Positions 44,592 through 44,689 of a stretch of 44,689 bases of DNA are shown piece by piece. Numbering within the stretch: the first letter of the stretch is position 1; every line of letters begins with the position of its first letter. The translations under genes were made by a program, and so were the position numbers. The DNA is taken from assembly GCA_008632985.1 (NCBI GenBank), contig QPGO01000342.1, positions 1-44,689 of the forward strand. Reading direction: 5' to 3'. This stretch comes from Psammoneis japonica (taxonomy: Eukaryota). A model generated the notes under the pieces. It saw only the letters and a list, made by a program, of their open reading frames with translations. It was not told where the DNA came from and did not search any database.

Positions 44592-44689
44592 ATGACCCGG
44601 ATCAGAAACCCGACAGCACCGAGGCCAAACGTCCGCCGTGCGGCTCCCCTGAGTCCATGGACGCAGAGGATTTTCCTTTCGAACGTCAC

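Overview
Eukaryotic, almost certainly diatom, repeat-rich and pseudogene-rich region. It contains a full-length CoDi-type Ty1/copia LTR retrotransposon on the minus strand (790-7898), remnants of other transposable elements (TEs), one clearly intact conserved gene (PDCD2), a few lineage-specific or Tudor/FHA-type genes, and a mosaic of broken host-gene fragments (ABC1 kinase, ArsM/AS3MT, Vps16, amino-acid transporter, U1-70K). The main signal is a patchy, TE-centred, both-strand TpA->TpG/CpA (A:T->G:C) hypermutation, the reverse direction of fungal RIP. It has nearly removed TA dinucleotides and Tyr codons from the copia element (RT YVDD->CVDD) while keeping the ORF open. It acted after insertion, since the two LTRs differ only by transitions, including CA/TG pairs that both trace to an ancestral TA. 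It also reaches DNA-type elements and gene fragments. Secondary signals are a half-tRNA-Asn-type primer-binding site, an LTR-LTR junction, and TA-duplicating insertions resembling transposon excision footprints. All counts were made by eye and no database searches were run.
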